Shown here piece after piece: positions 53,686 through 63,575 of a stretch of 64,000 nt of DNA. The stretch comes from a virus. The translations under genes were made by a program, and so were the position numbers. The stretch lies in the IMG/VR virus record IMGVR_UViG_3300006149_000007; one strand, written 5' to 3'. The notes under the pieces are model-generated. The model saw nothing but the letters and a program-made list of their open reading frames with translations. It ran no database searches and was not told the origin of the DNA. Within the stretch, counting starts at the first letter, position 1. Each line of letters opens with the position of its first letter.

Positions 53686-54471
53686 ATGAACGATATGATT
53701 GTAAAGAATGTTGATGTTCTTGGCGATAGCATTATGGCGGCGAAGGATAGCGACGAAAATGTGTATGCAGGAGTAAGCTATTTTTGCAACGCTCTTGGTA
53801 TGAGCAGAGGTCAAAAGAACAGACAAGTCATAAATGTCCAGAAGGACGAAACTTTAAAGAGAGGGTGTATCAAATTAGGTGCAGGGGTACTTGATGAAGG
53901 CAATGAAACAATCGCATTAAGAATTGACTTTATACCTTTATGGCTTGCTAAAATTTCCATTACGGACAAGACAAAGCGAGAAAATCCCGAACTTGCCGAC
54001 AAACTCTTAGAGTACCAGTTAAAGGCAAAGGACATTCTTACGGAAGCATTTATGCCAAAACAAAGTATGCCACAAACAACAGACGGAAAAATAGCCTTGC
54101 TTGCGCAGGGGCATACGGAACTGAAAGCAGAAGTTGACGAAATCAAGGTGGATTTACAGGCTTTGAAACTCGACTTGCCGCTTATGCCGGTAGAAGCTGA
54201 TGAAATTTCAAATCGAATCAAAAAGCGTGGTGTAGAAATTCTCGGCGGTAAATCATCATCGGCATACAATGACCGCAGTATCAGACAGAAATTATATAAT
54301 AACTATTATTTCTACCTGAAACAGAATTTTAATGTCGGCTCGTATAAAGCCATAAAACGGAATAGACGCAATCAGGCGTTAGAAATTATTGAAGAATATA
54401 AGCCACCGTTGTTTCTGAAAGAAATGATAGAAGAATCGAATACGGCGAAGAAAGGCGTTTCTAATGACTGA
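53686..54471 (+). CDS. P22 Ant-like antirepressor (second copy of this architecture)
   Basis: VYAGVSYFCNALGMSRGQ...IPLWLAKISI...LLEYQLKAKDILTEAF. The C-terminus is ORF6C-like (ILGGKSSSAYND). Confidence 0.55.
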   Translation: MNDMIVKNVDVLGDSIMAAKDSDENVYAGVSYFCNALGMSRGQKNRQVINVQKDETLKRGCIKLGAGVLDEGNETIALRIDFIPLWLAKISITDKTKRENPELADKLLEYQLKAKDILTEAFMPKQSMPQTTDGKIALLAQGHTELKAEVDEIKVDLQALKLDLPLMPVEADEISNRIKKRGVEILGGKSSSAYNDRSIRQKLYNNYYFYLKQNFNVGSYKAIKRNRRNQALEIIEEYKPPLFLKEMIEESNTAKKGVSND

Positions 54472-54637
54472 TAAGGTACATGAATATTCAGAAAAGCACA
54501 TCGGGTTTCTTACTGAATGGGAACATGGAGAGCCGGTTGGAAGTTGGATTAACAACGAAGGTTTCCTGTGTATCATTTACGAAGACGGCGCATGGTGGCA
54601 TTACAAGGTAGAAAATGATAAATTGGTATGGTGGTAG
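54464..54637 (+). CDS. small Trp-rich protein (57 aa)
   Basis: Start overlaps the upstream stop. Below the ORF-track cutoff. Confidence 0.3.
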   Translation: MTDKVHEYSEKHIGFLTEWEHGEPVGSWINNEGFLCIIYEDGAWWHYKVENDKLVWW

Positions 54638-54688
54638 ATAACCACTAGAAGCTGACTTAACGGCTTGACGGAGAGAAAGAGGCACATA

Positions 54689-55027
54689 ATGAAAATAAGA
54701 AATTTGACACCCCACGATATTACGGTTTTTGCGGATGATTATAATGAAATGCCTTATATTATCCCTACTGCTGGTATTGTTGCAAGAGTTTCCACTACAC
54801 AAGAAACTGTTGGAAATATTAATGGTATACCGGTACAAAAGGTAAAATATGGTAGTGTGGAAAACTTACCAGAACCACAGGAAGATGTAGTATTTATAGT
54901 ATCCCAAATGGTTTTATCCGCATTAAACGGAAGTCGAACAGATGTATTTGCTCCGGATACAGGGAAAGGAGCTGTACGAGACAAAGAAGGTAAAATTTTA
55001 GGGACCCTTAATTTGATAGTTTTATAA
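54689..55027 (+). CDS. hypothetical protein
   Basis: 112 aa from ATG 54689. Confidence 0.45.
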   Translation: MKIRNLTPHDITVFADDYNEMPYIIPTAGIVARVSTTQETVGNINGIPVQKVKYGSVENLPEPQEDVVFIVSQMVLSALNGSRTDVFAPDTGKGAVRDKEGKILGTLNLIVL

Positions 55028-55072
55028 TAAAATAAGCTGAGCTATCAGCTATACAGGCAGAAAGGGAAAACT

Positions 55073-55237
55073 ATGGTAGCAGTTAAAGTATATCGTTGTG
55101 GTCCTCATATTTTCCGAAATAAAGAAGAACGTAACAGGCATGCGGCAGAGCATGGACAACACGGATATGGAAACTATGTATATTGCACAGTTGACATAAA
55201 AAATATCGGAAAAACGCTATTTTATTATTATAAATAA
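55073..55237 (+). CDS. small hypothetical protein (54 aa)
   Basis: RBS AAAGGGA upstream. Below the ORF-track cutoff. Confidence 0.3.
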   Translation: MVAVKVYRCGPHIFRNKEERNRHAAEHGQHGYGNYVYCTVDIKNIGKTLFYYYK

Positions 55238-55252
55238 GAGGAGGCGTGTGTT

Positions 55253-55456
55253 ATGAAAATTTATATTATAACAGCGGAAACGCTGATGGATAAAGATGAG
55301 CGTGCTGTTGAGTTTACTTTGCTTGGAGCGTATACGAGCTTAAGAAAAGCAAAGAAAAAGCACAAAGAAGCAGAAAAAAAATTTGTGATTGCGAAGCTGA
55401 CAACAGTTAATAGCAGAACAGATTGTTGGGAGCAAATCGGACACTATTACGAATAA
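55253..55456 (+). CDS. hypothetical protein
   Basis: 67-aa ORF with RBS GAGGAGG. Confidence 0.4.
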   Translation: MKIYIITAETLMDKDERAVEFTLLGAYTSLRKAKKKHKEAEKKFVIAKLTTVNSRTDCWEQIGHYYE

Positions 55457-55471
55457 AAGAAAGGAAATGGT

Positions 55472-56227
55472 ATGGCAAGACCACCAAAACAGGGACTTGA
55501 CTACTTTCCTTTTGATACTGATTTTTTTCAGAATAAAAAAATTAAAAAGTTAAAAGCAGAGTATGGTGCAGATGGTATTGCTATCTATATGTACCTGCTC
55601 TGCGAAATATATAAAAACGGGTACTACATCATAGCTGACGAAGATTTTATAGATTCTATGGCTGACGACCTGAGAATGAACGTTAATAAAATAAACCTAG
55701 TTTTGAGATTCTTGCTGGGGCGGTCACTGTTTGACAACACACTTTTCCAGTCGGACACTGTCTTGACTAGCGTATCTGTACAGAGGCGTTATCAGTTCGC
55801 AGTCCAAGAGCGTATAAATGACCATAGTGCAAATATAGAGGATTTCTGGCTGTTAAAAAAATCAGATACAGAAACCCTTGGACAAGTGCACCCATTTTTA
55901 AAAAATTCCGAGGAAAAATTCGCAAAGGAAAGTAAAGAAAATAAAAGTAAATTAAATGAAAGTATATTAGAGCGTAAAGAGGGGAAAACTCTCACGCCCG
56001 AGGAAAAAGAACGGCTAATAAAAGAATATGGTGTTGAGGTAACGGAAGACTACATACGGCGTACCACACAATACCATTGTTGCAGTTATGCCACAATCAG
56101 GAAATGGATAGCGGAGGACAAAGAGAAGGAACAGAGCCGAAAGCCAAAAAAGAATACCTTTAACAATATTCCACAACATGATTATGATTTTGATGAATTG
56201 GAAAGAAAACTATTAAAAAGAAACTAG
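55472..56227 (+). CDS. DUF4373-type (Lin1244-like) replisome-organizer N-terminal domain protein
   Basis: MARPPKQGLDYFPFDTDFFQNKKIKKLKAEYGADGIAIYMYLLCEIYKNGYY. Confidence 0.55.
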   Translation: MARPPKQGLDYFPFDTDFFQNKKIKKLKAEYGADGIAIYMYLLCEIYKNGYYIIADEDFIDSMADDLRMNVNKINLVLRFLLGRSLFDNTLFQSDTVLTSVSVQRRYQFAVQERINDHSANIEDFWLLKKSDTETLGQVHPFLKNSEEKFAKESKENKSKLNESILERKEGKTLTPEEKERLIKEYGVEVTEDYIRRTTQYHCCSYATIRKWIAEDKEKEQSRKPKKNTFNNIPQHDYDFDELERKLLKRN

Positions 56228-56233
56228 ATTTTC

Positions 56234-56262
56234 TTGACATAAAGATTTTATAGTGGTATTAT
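56234..56262 (+). promoter_or_regulatory. sigma-A-type promoter (extended -10) with ~180-nt leader
   Basis: TTGACA, 17-bp spacer, TGgTATTAT. Confidence 0.5.
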
Positions 56263-56441
56263 ACAAATTAATTGAATAAATTCAGATAAATCATGATTAA
56301 TTCATGTGTAAGATACAGTTTTAATTTATTTTTAGTGTTCGGAGATTCGAAACCCTAGCACATCGGCAGACATTTTTGTCTGTTTGGTGAGCTGGGGTTT
56401 TCCTTTTAGAAAAAATTATCAATATCAGGAGGAATAATATT

Positions 56442-57134
56442 ATGAATGAGATTATCGAAACAGCAAACAGGACACCAATTGAGATTGCATTACAGATTGA
56501 TGACGAAGGGTACACTACATCAAGAAAATTGTACTTTTGGTTATACGAAAATGGTACCCATTATGCAAAATGGCTTAAAGAAAACGTGACAGAAAATCCG
56601 TTTGCAGAAGAAAATGAGTTTTCGCCAATCTTGCGAAAACCCCAAAAACAGGGAGGTAGACCGACAGAGGACTACAAAATCACAGCTTCACTTGCAAAAA
56701 GAATTTCTATGGCTGATAAGTCAGAGCGTGGAGAACAAGCAAGAAATTATTTCATAGGTTGCGAACAGGCACTTGTTAGAATTGCAGAAGAAAGACACAA
56801 AACAGAGATGGAAAGAGCCAAAGGAATCGCGGTAAGACAGGCATTAACAAAGGCAATTCAGCAATCAGGCGAAAATGACCGTATGCACGGACATGCTTAT
56901 TCAACATATACAGACGTGATGTATAAATCTATATTTGGAAAAAATGCAAAACAGTTACGAGTAGAATATGGAATTACAAAAAAAGATAATTTAAGAGATA
57001 TTTTTTCTGAAGAGGAATTAAATCGGGTACAAAATGCAGAAATGATGATTAGTTCTCTTATTGGGTATGGTTGGGGTTTTTGTGATATAAAAGATTTCAT
57101 GTTAAATAAGGCAAATAAGATGATTACAGAATAA
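56442..57134 (+). CDS. AntA-type antirepressor with the Rha-paralog C-terminal domain
   Basis: HYAKWLKENVTENPFAEENEF...GGRPTEDYKITASLAKRISMADKSERGEQARNYFI. The C-terminus is about 65% identical to that of the 44414 protein, by eye. Confidence 0.6.
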   Translation: MNEIIETANRTPIEIALQIDDEGYTTSRKLYFWLYENGTHYAKWLKENVTENPFAEENEFSPILRKPQKQGGRPTEDYKITASLAKRISMADKSERGEQARNYFIGCEQALVRIAEERHKTEMERAKGIAVRQALTKAIQQSGENDRMHGHAYSTYTDVMYKSIFGKNAKQLRVEYGITKKDNLRDIFSEEELNRVQNAEMMISSLIGYGWGFCDIKDFMLNKANKMITE

Positions 57135-57161
57135 AATTATTACTTATGGAAGGAAAAACGT

Positions 57162-57530
57162 GTGCAATATTTAAAAATATCTGATACAGATGTATCGCAA
57201 TATATACAAACATTATCAATCGAGCATGAGCCGGTATGGTCCACAAATGCCGGTAGAACATTAGACGCAACATTTGTAGGGGATATAATCGCTTGGAAAT
57301 GGAAGCTGCAAATCACAACCAAACCTTTAACGCAGAAAGAAAGCGCAGTAATTAAGGGGTTAATTGAAAATACTGCATTTTTTAATGTAAGTTTTATAAG
57401 CCCTAATAGCACATCTGATGTTTTGCAGACAGCCAGCATGTACACAAACGCACCGGCTAGTACGTTGTACAGTTACCATGAAAATTTAATTCGGTATCAG
57501 GGACTTTCTTTTAATTTAATAGAACAGTAG
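57162..57530 (+). CDS. small distal-tail-type protein
   Basis: GTG start. Lies immediately upstream of the giant tail-tip/fibre gene and is coupled to it. Call is positional only. Confidence 0.4.
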   Translation: MQYLKISDTDVSQYIQTLSIEHEPVWSTNAGRTLDATFVGDIIAWKWKLQITTKPLTQKESAVIKGLIENTAFFNVSFISPNSTSDVLQTASMYTNAPASTLYSYHENLIRYQGLSFNLIEQ

Positions 57531-60500
57531 GTGAATGTAATGTATAAAGGAACTTCTAAAGAATTTAACAATTTAATAGAGCAAAACGGAGGGAGAACTT
57601 TTAAAATCAGGCTGGCGGCACCTTCTTTTTCAATTGAAACCGGAATTAAAAAAGTTACCTTTAATGCCGGCTCCAGTTCTGATGAAAGCATTACTGTTGG
57701 TTCAGCTATGTCTGCTTACATAGAAGTTACAGTGGAAAAGATACCTCATATCGTTACAGGACAGTCTATTTCCTTTGATTTGGGGCTGGAAGTGAATGGA
57801 GACATAGAATATATGCCTATGGGTATTTTTAAGGCAAATAAGCCCGAAATGACGGACTATGAAATAACATTTAAGGCATATGACAGAATGACACAGGCAG
57901 AAAAAAATTACGTCTCTGATTTAAAATACCCGACAGATACCGTGAAAGTTATGCAGGAGATTGAGAAAAAGCTTGGAATCAAATTTATTACAGACATCTC
58001 TCCGATAACCTTAAATAATCCAAGCACAGAGGAAGGCAGCAGCAATATTGTATTTGCTGGATATACCACGAGGGAAGCGATTGGATATATCGCAGGATTA
58101 TATGGCAAATTTGCAGTATTTAACCGGTTGGGGCAACTTGAATTTCGGTGGTATGAGGACAGTGGATTTGAAGTACCAGTATCGAAATGCTATTCTTTTG
58201 TGAAAAATGAAAACAACTATACTGTAAATAAGATTATTGGAACCGCCGTAGATAACACTCAGTATGAAGCCGGAAGCGGAATCACTGGCATTTCTTTTAG
58301 CAATCCTTTTGTGACGCAGGAGATTGTGAATAGAATCCATACAGATATTGGAGGATTTACTTATCGTGGCGGTGAAACGCGATTCTTGGGAGACTGTCGG
58401 ATTGATGTATGGGATATTGTAACTGGCACAGATTTATTCGGTAATACTTATAAATTGCCTGTTATGGAGATTGTACATGAGATTGACGGCGGTCTGACAA
58501 CAACTGTAAAATCGAAAGTAAGCGACAGCGAAAATGTAGAAGATACCTTTAAAGGGCCGGTTGTAAAAGCAATGGAGCGCACTCATGCGCAGCTTCTTGT
58601 TGTAAACAATTTAATTGCTTCCAAAGCAAGTATAGAATATCTGGAAGCAAATTACATAAAAACAGATGAGCTTGACGCAGTAGAGGCAAATATCGAAAAT
58701 GCAGTTATTACAAATTTGCAAGGAAAGTTTGCAAGTATAGAATATTTGGAAGCAAATTATGCGGCAATTGATTTTGCAAATGTACAAAAGGCGTCTATAG
58801 GAACAATGCTGGCTGATGTAGGACTGATATCTTCCGCTACGATTGTAGATGGACATGTAACAGGTTTCCTTGACGCAGTAAAAGTAAATGCCAGCAATAT
58901 TACAGCAGGAGTTTTAGACGCTGGAAACATAGAAGTAGTAAACTTAAAAGCTGCAAGCATTACAGTAGGACAGATAAATGGATATCAGATTGCGCCTGGA
59001 GCGATTGATATGAATAATCTGGCCGAATCTATTACTAATGAAATAAATTCTGCTAGTTCAAACGCGCAAACAGCTCTTGATGAAGCATTAAAAGCATTTA
59101 ACGAATCACAGGCGGCAGCTCTAGCGGCAGGAACAGCACAAGCGACAGCAAACGGGAAAAACACTGTTTATTATCAAGCGTCTGCACCGACAACAGCTAA
59201 GAAAAATGATATCTGGTTTAACACCTCAAAAGATAATCAAATGTCTATATATAACGGTTCTAAATGGGTGGCAGAGCAGTTTGGGGCTGGCGCAATTGCA
59301 GATAATACTATTACGGCTGCACAGATAGCAACAGAAGTAAATACAAAAATAGATAATGCCTTTAATAATGCCAATGCAGCAAATACAATAGCAAATTCGG
59401 CATTGACTACAGCAGATGGAAAAAATACAGTTTTTTACCAAACAGCGGCACCAAGTGGTGGAAAATACAAGGTAAATGATACATGGTTTGATACGGATGA
59501 CGGAAACAAAATGTATTACTGGAATGGTTCCGCATGGGTGGCAAAGCAGTTTGGAACAAATGCGATAGCCAACGCAAGTATTACAAATGCTCTTATTGCC
59601 AACGCAACAATCCAGAGTGCCAAAATCGCAAGTCTGGATGCAGCGAAAATTACCACTGGTACATTAAACGCTGCAAGGATAGGTTCAAAAAGCATTACAG
59701 CAGACAAACTTGTATCTAAAACAATTACAGCAGCAAGTGGAGTAATAGCAGACGCGGCAATCTTAACAGCAAATATATCAGATTTGGCAGTAACAGGAGC
59801 GAAGCTTGCAAATGCGACAATTGGAACTGCTAAAATAGCAGACGCAGCAATTACCAGTGCAAAAATTGCAAATCTAGATGCAGGGAAAATTACTACAGGA
59901 ACTTTAAATGCTGATAGAATTGGCGCAAATACTATAACAACAATTAAAATTGCTGTAGGAGATTTTATAAACTACGCTTCTTGGAAAGATAAAACTGCTG
60001 CCACATCTCCATTTACTAAAAGAAATTCTCCTTGGTCCATTGACACAACTGTTTATAGAACTTCCAAGGCAAGTTATAAATTTGTAGGAACAGCTGAAGC
60101 AAGTATGACTGAAATTGTAATTCCCGTAAACATAGGGGAAGAAATATATGCTGAATTTTGGTATAAAACAGATTCAGGATGGACATGTAATACTGGAAAC
60201 AGTAAGTTAAGGTTCGGTTCCAGCAGTGGCGGTTTATTGACCCAATTCGCAGTATCTGCAACTGCACAAACATCTTGGACAAAAGTTAGCGGAACTTATA
60301 AAGTTACAACCTCGGCGGGACCTTATATATCTGTAAGTTTTAACATGTCTGGCACAGCAGCAGGAAAAAGTATTTGGATAGATGATATTACCATTAAAAA
60401 AAGGACCACGGGAGAACTAATTGTAGACGGTGCGATAACAGCTGCTAAATTATCCGCAAATGCGGTCACAGCGGACAAGATAAATGCAGGGGCGATTACA

Positions 60501-61778
60501 ACAGCCAAAATAGCAACAGGAGCGATAACATCTGGAACTATAGCTTCTGGTTCAATTACAACGGATAAACTAGCAGCAAATGCGGTCACAGCCGCCAAAA
60601 TAGCCTCAAGGACTATTACAGCAGATAGAATTGTTTCTGGCACAATTACAGCCAACGAGATAGCAGCAAGTGCAATTACAACAGATAAGCTGGCAGCAAA
60701 TTCTATAACAGCAGCAAAAATAGCAAGTGGGGCGATTACAGCAGATAAAATAGCAGCTGGGGCAGTTACGGCAGCAAAAATAAGTGTTACAGATTTAAAA
60801 GCACTAGGGGCCAAAATCGCGGGGTTTGAGATAACAGATACCTACATCCGTGCAACAGATGATACAGTAGGAATGGGTAGAACAGCGGACTGGGCATTTT
60901 GGGCAGGTGGCGGAACAGTAGAAACAGCAAAATTTCGAGTGAAAAATGCCGGAGATGTATATATGTCATCAGCAATAATTACAGGCGGGAGTGTGTCTAT
61001 TTCTGCTAAAAATGAAACTGCAAAAATAACAATAAAATCTACAACAAACTCTGCTATATATACATCAATATCTCCAATGTATACATGGCTATATCATAAT
61101 TCCAACAGTTATATGAGATTATCTGGGTATAGTGGCGGTTCTATCACAATGACAAATGGCGGAACACAAACAATAAATATAAATGCTGTTACTGGTATTA
61201 CTGCAAATTCAATAAGTAGTACAGGAAGTATAACTGGAACAAATTGTACTTTTAATGGACAAACAAATATAAAAGGAGGAATTGAAATATTTCATGCAAC
61301 TCCTTATATAGATTTTCATTATAATAATTCTACAGCGGATAATACAGGAAGAATTATAAATACATCTAATGGTGTGCTTACTGTGTATAACACGATTACT
61401 AATGCGTCTGACAGAAGACTTAAAAAGAATATAGAAAAATTAGATGATAAATATATAAGTGTTTTGGAAAAGTTAAATCCAGTGAAATATCGCTTTATAA
61501 AGGGTGACGAAACTCTTAATCTGGGGTTTATAGCCCAAGATGTAGAAAAGGCTTTAATAGAATCTGGAATTAAAGACATGCCATTAATTACAAAAGGAGC
61601 AGATGAAATATATGCATTAGATTATAATGGAATTATTCCGTTGCTTGTATTAGGATATCAAAAACAGAAGGAGCAGTTAAACAAGCAGGAAAGTAAAATT
61701 AATTATCTTGAAAACATGATAACACACCTTATCGGAATCGCAATGAATCCGGCAAGGGTTGAAACATATCAAAATTAA
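57531..61778 (+). CDS. tail tip / fibre protein with C-terminal S74 intramolecular chaperone domain
   Basis: 1415 aa. N-terminus resembles a phage minor structural protein. Long AITxxKIA-type repeats. C-terminus SDRRLKKNI...LNPVKYRF...LGFIAQDVEK...YNGIIPLLV. Confidence 0.8.
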   Translation: MNVMYKGTSKEFNNLIEQNGGRTFKIRLAAPSFSIETGIKKVTFNAGSSSDESITVGSAMSAYIEVTVEKIPHIVTGQSISFDLGLEVNGDIEYMPMGIFKANKPEMTDYEITFKAYDRMTQAEKNYVSDLKYPTDTVKVMQEIEKKLGIKFITDISPITLNNPSTEEGSSNIVFAGYTTREAIGYIAGLYGKFAVFNRLGQLEFRWYEDSGFEVPVSKCYSFVKNENNYTVNKIIGTAVDNTQYEAGSGITGISFSNPFVTQEIVNRIHTDIGGFTYRGGETRFLGDCRIDVWDIVTGTDLFGNTYKLPVMEIVHEIDGGLTTTVKSKVSDSENVEDTFKGPVVKAMERTHAQLLVVNNLIASKASIEYLEANYIKTDELDAVEANIENAVITNLQGKFASIEYLEANYAAIDFANVQKASIGTMLADVGLISSATIVDGHVTGFLDAVKVNASNITAGVLDAGNIEVVNLKAASITVGQINGYQIAPGAIDMNNLAESITNEINSASSNAQTALDEALKAFNESQAAALAAGTAQATANGKNTVYYQASAPTTAKKNDIWFNTSKDNQMSIYNGSKWVAEQFGAGAIADNTITAAQIATEVNTKIDNAFNNANAANTIANSALTTADGKNTVFYQTAAPSGGKYKVNDTWFDTDDGNKMYYWNGSAWVAKQFGTNAIANASITNALIANATIQSAKIASLDAAKITTGTLNAARIGSKSITADKLVSKTITAASGVIADAAILTANISDLAVTGAKLANATIGTAKIADAAITSAKIANLDAGKITTGTLNADRIGANTITTIKIAVGDFINYASWKDKTAATSPFTKRNSPWSIDTTVYRTSKASYKFVGTAEASMTEIVIPVNIGEEIYAEFWYKTDSGWTCNTGNSKLRFGSSSGGLLTQFAVSATAQTSWTKVSGTYKVTTSAGPYISVSFNMSGTAAGKSIWIDDITIKKRTTGELIVDGAITAAKLSANAVTADKINAGAITTAKIATGAITSGTIASGSITTDKLAANAVTAAKIASRTITADRIVSGTITANEIAASAITTDKLAANSITAAKIASGAITADKIAAGAVTAAKISVTDLKALGAKIAGFEITDTYIRATDDTVGMGRTADWAFWAGGGTVETAKFRVKNAGDVYMSSAIITGGSVSISAKNETAKITIKSTTNSAIYTSISPMYTWLYHNSNSYMRLSGYSGGSITMTNGGTQTININAVTGITANSISSTGSITGTNCTFNGQTNIKGGIEIFHATPYIDFHYNNSTADNTGRIINTSNGVLTVYNTITNASDRRLKKNIEKLDDKYISVLEKLNPVKYRFIKGDETLNLGFIAQDVEKALIESGIKDMPLITKGADEIYALDYNGIIPLLVLGYQKQKEQLNKQESKINYLENMITHLIGIAMNPARVETYQN

Positions 61779-61796
61779 GAAAGAGAGGTAAAGATT

Positions 61797-62027
61797 ATGT
61801 TAGAAGTAAGAAAAAGTACTACATTATCAGGAACTATTTCATTGGAAGAGGAAACAGTAGAAGGAACACAAAAAACACCTGTGCTTTATATATCTTCCAC
61901 TATCAACGAAGATGGCTTACCAAGTACCACTGAAAGCTATCAGAACAAGCAGCTTTATCTTGCAAATAAAGAAGCGATAAGACAGGATATAAATGAATTT
62001 AAAGACATGGTAGACAATTTAATGTAA
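61797..62027 (+). CDS. hypothetical protein
   Basis: 76-aa ORF with RBS AGAGAGG. Confidence 0.4.
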   Translation: MLEVRKSTTLSGTISLEEETVEGTQKTPVLYISSTINEDGLPSTTESYQNKQLYLANKEAIRQDINEFKDMVDNLM

Positions 62028-62046
62028 GAAAGAGAGAGGTAAAAAA

Positions 62047-62445
62047 ATGAAGATGACCTTGAATGAAGTACTAGAAAATCACAAAAACCTATTGGAAATA
62101 TCAGGAAAGAAACTTCCAGTCCGCTTTTCTTATGCGGTCTCCAAAAACTTAAAGAAGCTGGGAGACGAAGTAAGACTGATTCAGGAAGAACAAAGCAAGT
62201 TGGCGAAAGAATACTGTGAGAAAGACGAGGAAGGGAAGCCGAAGCAGAACGATAAAGGATTTTTGATATTCAAGGATAACGGAAAAGAATTTATGACTGA
62301 ATATAATGAATATCTAAATACAGAAATAGAAGTAGATGTACATAAAATCCCGTTTGCAGAGATTGAAAGAACAGAGGAAGATAGGTATGATATTCTGTCT
62401 CCGGCGGAGCTTGCCGGAATTGAATTTATGATTGAGGAGGAATAA
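62047..62445 (+). CDS. hypothetical protein
   Basis: 132-aa ORF. Confidence 0.45.
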   Translation: MKMTLNEVLENHKNLLEISGKKLPVRFSYAVSKNLKKLGDEVRLIQEEQSKLAKEYCEKDEEGKPKQNDKGFLIFKDNGKEFMTEYNEYLNTEIEVDVHKIPFAEIERTEEDRYDILSPAELAGIEFMIEEE

Positions 62446-62447
62446 AT

Positions 62448-63527
62448 ATGGAATTAAAATTAATTGATTTATCTTATCACAATGGAGCGATTGATTTTGT
62501 AAAAGTAAAAACACAGGTAGACGGAATAATCTTGCGCTGCGGATATGGCAGTAATATTACTAGCCAAGATGATAAGAAGTTTAAAGAGTATGCAGATAAC
62601 TGTGTTAAATGCAATATTCCATTTGGCATTTATTTGTATTCTTATGCTAAGACAATGGAAGAAGCTAAATCAGAAGCGGAACATTGTTTGCGACTGGCAG
62701 AACCGTATAAAAACAATTTATTTTATCCAATATACTTAGACTTGGAAGAATCTGGAACAGAATCAGGGGCTGTGGATAGAGCACTTGTATTTGGGGGAAT
62801 CGTAGAAAAAAATGGTTATTGGTGTGGAATTTATGCAAATGAATACTGGTGGAATAAACCACTTGCCGGAGGTAATCTTGATAGATTTACCAAGTGGGTT
62901 GCAAAGTATGGGAAAAATGACGGCATTCCACATGAGAAGCCGAATATTTCCGGTACATATGATATATGGCAGTATTCTTCTACCGGAAAAGTAGACGGAA
63001 TTAGCGGGAATGTAGATGTGAATATCTGTTACAGAGATTTACCTGCTGAAATTAAACCAAATGCACCTCAAGAGCCAATTTTACAACCAGCACAAAGAAC
63101 TTATGCACATAAAATCGGGGAACATGTTGTTTTTAGCACTTGCTATCGTGCTTCCACAGACCCAATTTCGGCACATCTGTCCGCTGTCCAGATGTCAAAA
63201 AACCACGGAGTAATTACAAGGATTGTAGATGCAGCAAATCCGTATCTGCTGGACGATGGCTTGTGTTGGGTAAACGACGGAGATATTCGAGGATTATATA
63301 CGGCTCTCGCACTAGCTCCAAAACCAGTTCCACAGGTAAGCTATTATCCGAGATACACTGGAAATAGTGTCAGTATTGTAGATGGATTGCAAACTGTGGG
63401 AGTAGAAAGTTCCTTTGCAAACAGGGCAAAAATTGCAGAAAGAAATGGAATTGCAGGATACAAAGGAAACGTAGAACAGAATAATACAATGCTTTCTTTA
63501 CTCAAAAACGGAAAATTAATTAAATAA
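62448..63527 (+). CDS. endolysin, GH25 muramidase plus C-terminal cell-wall-binding region
   Basis: IDLSYHNGAIDFVKVK..VDGIILRCGYG...DIWQYSSTGKVDGISGNVDVNICY. Confidence 0.85.
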   Translation: MELKLIDLSYHNGAIDFVKVKTQVDGIILRCGYGSNITSQDDKKFKEYADNCVKCNIPFGIYLYSYAKTMEEAKSEAEHCLRLAEPYKNNLFYPIYLDLEESGTESGAVDRALVFGGIVEKNGYWCGIYANEYWWNKPLAGGNLDRFTKWVAKYGKNDGIPHEKPNISGTYDIWQYSSTGKVDGISGNVDVNICYRDLPAEIKPNAPQEPILQPAQRTYAHKIGEHVVFSTCYRASTDPISAHLSAVQMSKNHGVITRIVDAANPYLLDDGLCWVNDGDIRGLYTALALAPKPVPQVSYYPRYTGNSVSIVDGLQTVGVESSFANRAKIAERNGIAGYKGNVEQNNTMLSLLKNGKLIK

Positions 63528-63542
63528 CCAGAAAGACAAAAT

Positions 63543-63569
63543 TCCCTGCTGTTTTATATTCAGCAGGGA
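63543..63569. terminator. bidirectional terminator
   Basis: TCCCTGCTG/CAGCAGGGA stem between convergent genes. Confidence 0.6.
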
Positions 63570-63575
63570 GCGAAT

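Noticed and set aside
56335-56365. GGAGATTCGAAACCC, another T-loop-like string, in the leader of the AntA-type gene.
   Set aside because: No flanking stems are compatible with a tRNA or tmRNA. It probably resembles a T-loop by chance.
59154-59565. Two similar segments in the tail fibre gene (GKNTVYYQASAP...WVAEQFG and GKNTVFYQTAAP...WVAKQFG) that might be a DGR template/variable repeat pair.
   Set aside because: No reverse transcriptase is present in the window. The differences are spread over all bases rather than confined to adenines, and both copies are in-frame coding repeats.
60420-60790. Highly periodic ~30-nt repeats that superficially resemble a repeat array.
   Set aside because: They encode the in-frame AITxxKIAxG-type repeats of the tail fibre shaft. 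There is no spacer/repeat structure, so this is not a CRISPR array.
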